64,000 nt of DNA from Candidatus Latescibacterota bacterium (lineage in GTDB: Bacteria > Krumholzibacteriota > Krumholzibacteriia > WVZY01). Positions within the stretch are counted from its first letter, which is position 1, and each line of letters opens with the position of its first letter. A model generated the notes under the pieces. The model was not told where the DNA came from. It saw nothing but the letters and a program-made list of their open reading frames with translations, and ran no database searches. The position numbers were made by a program, and so were the translations under genes. Shown piece after piece: positions 63,001-64,000 of this stretch. The stretch covers positions 314,142 to 378,141 of the forward strand of contig CAWBQK010000017.1 in assembly GCA_963791045.1 (NCBI GenBank). Direction: 5' to 3'.

Positions 63001-63223
63001 CCGGAGCATCCTTCTCTTCGAGTTCGCCGTCATCTCCTTCGACAAGCAGCTTGATTTTCGCGTCCGCTTTGTCGAGAAGTTCCCGGCATTTCTTCCCGAG
63101 TTCGAGGCCCTCCTCGAATTTCTTTATAGATTCGTCGAGAGAGAATTCGCCATTCTCAAGCTCTTCGACAATCGCTTCGAGCCGCGTCATCGACTCTTCA
63201 AAACCTTTTTTCTTAGCGGCCAT
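62984..63223 (-). CDS. xseB: Exodeoxyribonuclease VII small subunit
   Basis: FEESMTRLEAIVEELENGEFSLDESIKKFEEG. Confidence 0.95.
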   Translation of the reverse strand: MAAKKKGFEESMTRLEAIVEELENGEFSLDESIKKFEEGLELGKKCRELLDKADAKIKLLVEGDDGELEEKDAPDDIQG

Positions 63224-64000
63224 CGGGTCCTTCCTCCTTGACCTCAGCGGCAACCTTGCCATCGGCAAATGTAATCGAAATATCTCTCGCGTCCAATGCC
63301 GATCCCCGCGAACGAACGACCACGCCCGTACTCGGATCGGTCACGACGCTGAACCCACGCGCGAGAATCCGCCTGGTGTCGAGTCCTTCGAGCCGGGCAA
63401 GCGCCTCCCGAAGCCTCGTGTCCCCCTGTCGAATCACATCGCGACCAAAACGTTGGAGCCTTTCCGACGCAAAATCGAGTGTCTGCATCGCCCGCTCCAC
63501 CTGGCCCCGGACACGCCCAAGGGCATAACTCCGGAGAAGCTCGTCGAGACGACGTCTTTTGAGCTCGATCGTCACGTCAAAGTGCCGGACGAGGCGGTTG
63601 GCGATTTCATCTATGCGCGCCACCACTTCATCCGCCCGCGGCGCGGCAATTTCCGCTGCGGCGGTCGGCGTCGGCGCCCTCTCGTCGGCAACAAAGTCGG
63701 ATATGGTGAAATCAGTTTCGTGCCCCACGGCGCTGATCACGGGAATCGGACAATCGAAAATCGCCCGCGCGACAATTTCCTCGTTGAACGACCACAGGTC
63801 CTCGAGGCTTCCACCGCCACGGCCCATTATTACCAGGTCGATGTTGTCGAGTTCCGATACCCTCTCGAGCGCAGTCGCGATTTCTCCGGCCGACCTGTCG
63901 CCCTGTACAGCTACCGGATAAAGAAGAATCTCGGCGGGCGGCCATCGCCGTCTCAGTGTCGTCACGATATCGCGGACGGCGGCCCCAGTCGGTGACGTGA
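63213..64000 (-). CDS. xseA: Exodeoxyribonuclease VII large subunit, C-terminal part (runs off window end)
   Basis: RGGGSLEDLWSFN, SAVGHETDFT, APTPTAAAE and LARGFS. Confidence 0.96.
   Translation of the reverse strand, partial: TSPTGAAVRDIVTTLRRRWPPAEILLYPVAVQGDRSAGEIATALERVSELDNIDLVIMGRGGGSLEDLWSFNEEIVARAIFDCPIPVISAVGHETDFTISDFVADERAPTPTAAAEIAAPRADEVVARIDEIANRLVRHFDVTIELKRRRLDELLRSYALGRVRGQVERAMQTLDFASERLQRFGRDVIRQGDTRLREALARLEGLDTRRILARGFSVVTDPSTGVVVRSRGSALDARDISITFADGKVAAEVKEEGPDGR

Overview
Bacterial chromosomal window of about 57% GC (estimated by eye). The organism is probably an uncultured Gram-negative FCB-group lineage outside Bacteroidota, such as Krumholzibacteriota or Latescibacterota; this is inferred from the PorV-like barrel, the FlgD-Ig/T9SS-type C-terminal domains and the lptE-holA linkage. 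Housekeeping genes sit at both ends: xseA-xseB-ispA-DUF212-dxs-nadK-recN-tRNA-Arg on the right and lptE-holA on the left. Between them is a ~52 kb cell-surface glycan and glycoprotein locus. Export genes include Wza, a split Wzc (co-polymerase plus tyrosine kinase), an O-antigen ligase/polymerase-like protein and a Wzm/Wzt ABC exporter. Synthesis and modification genes include a priming phosphoglycosyltransferase, six GT2/GT4 enzymes, RfbF, three C-methyltransferase-like paralogs plus a fourth methyltransferase, a sulfotransferase, a polysaccharide deacetylase and a GT-C (PMT/ArnT-like) enzyme. Regulators are a GAF-GGDEF diguanylate cyclase and a histidine kinase/sigma-54 activator pair, with several -24/-12 promoter motifs in the locus. 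Embedded in it are two giant repeat proteins (~2,230 and ~2,650 aa after frameshift repair) with T9SS-type sorting domains, a PorV-like barrel fused to a SPOR domain, and a TPR lipoprotein. The strongest candidate for an undescribed system is a sigma-54/c-di-GMP-controlled glycan coat in which T9SS-like cargo proteins saturated with D-(S/T)-hydrophobic O-glycosylation sequons fill the role PEP-CTERM proteins play in exosortase EPS loci. About 20 small frameshifts split genes; these are most likely long-read assembly errors.
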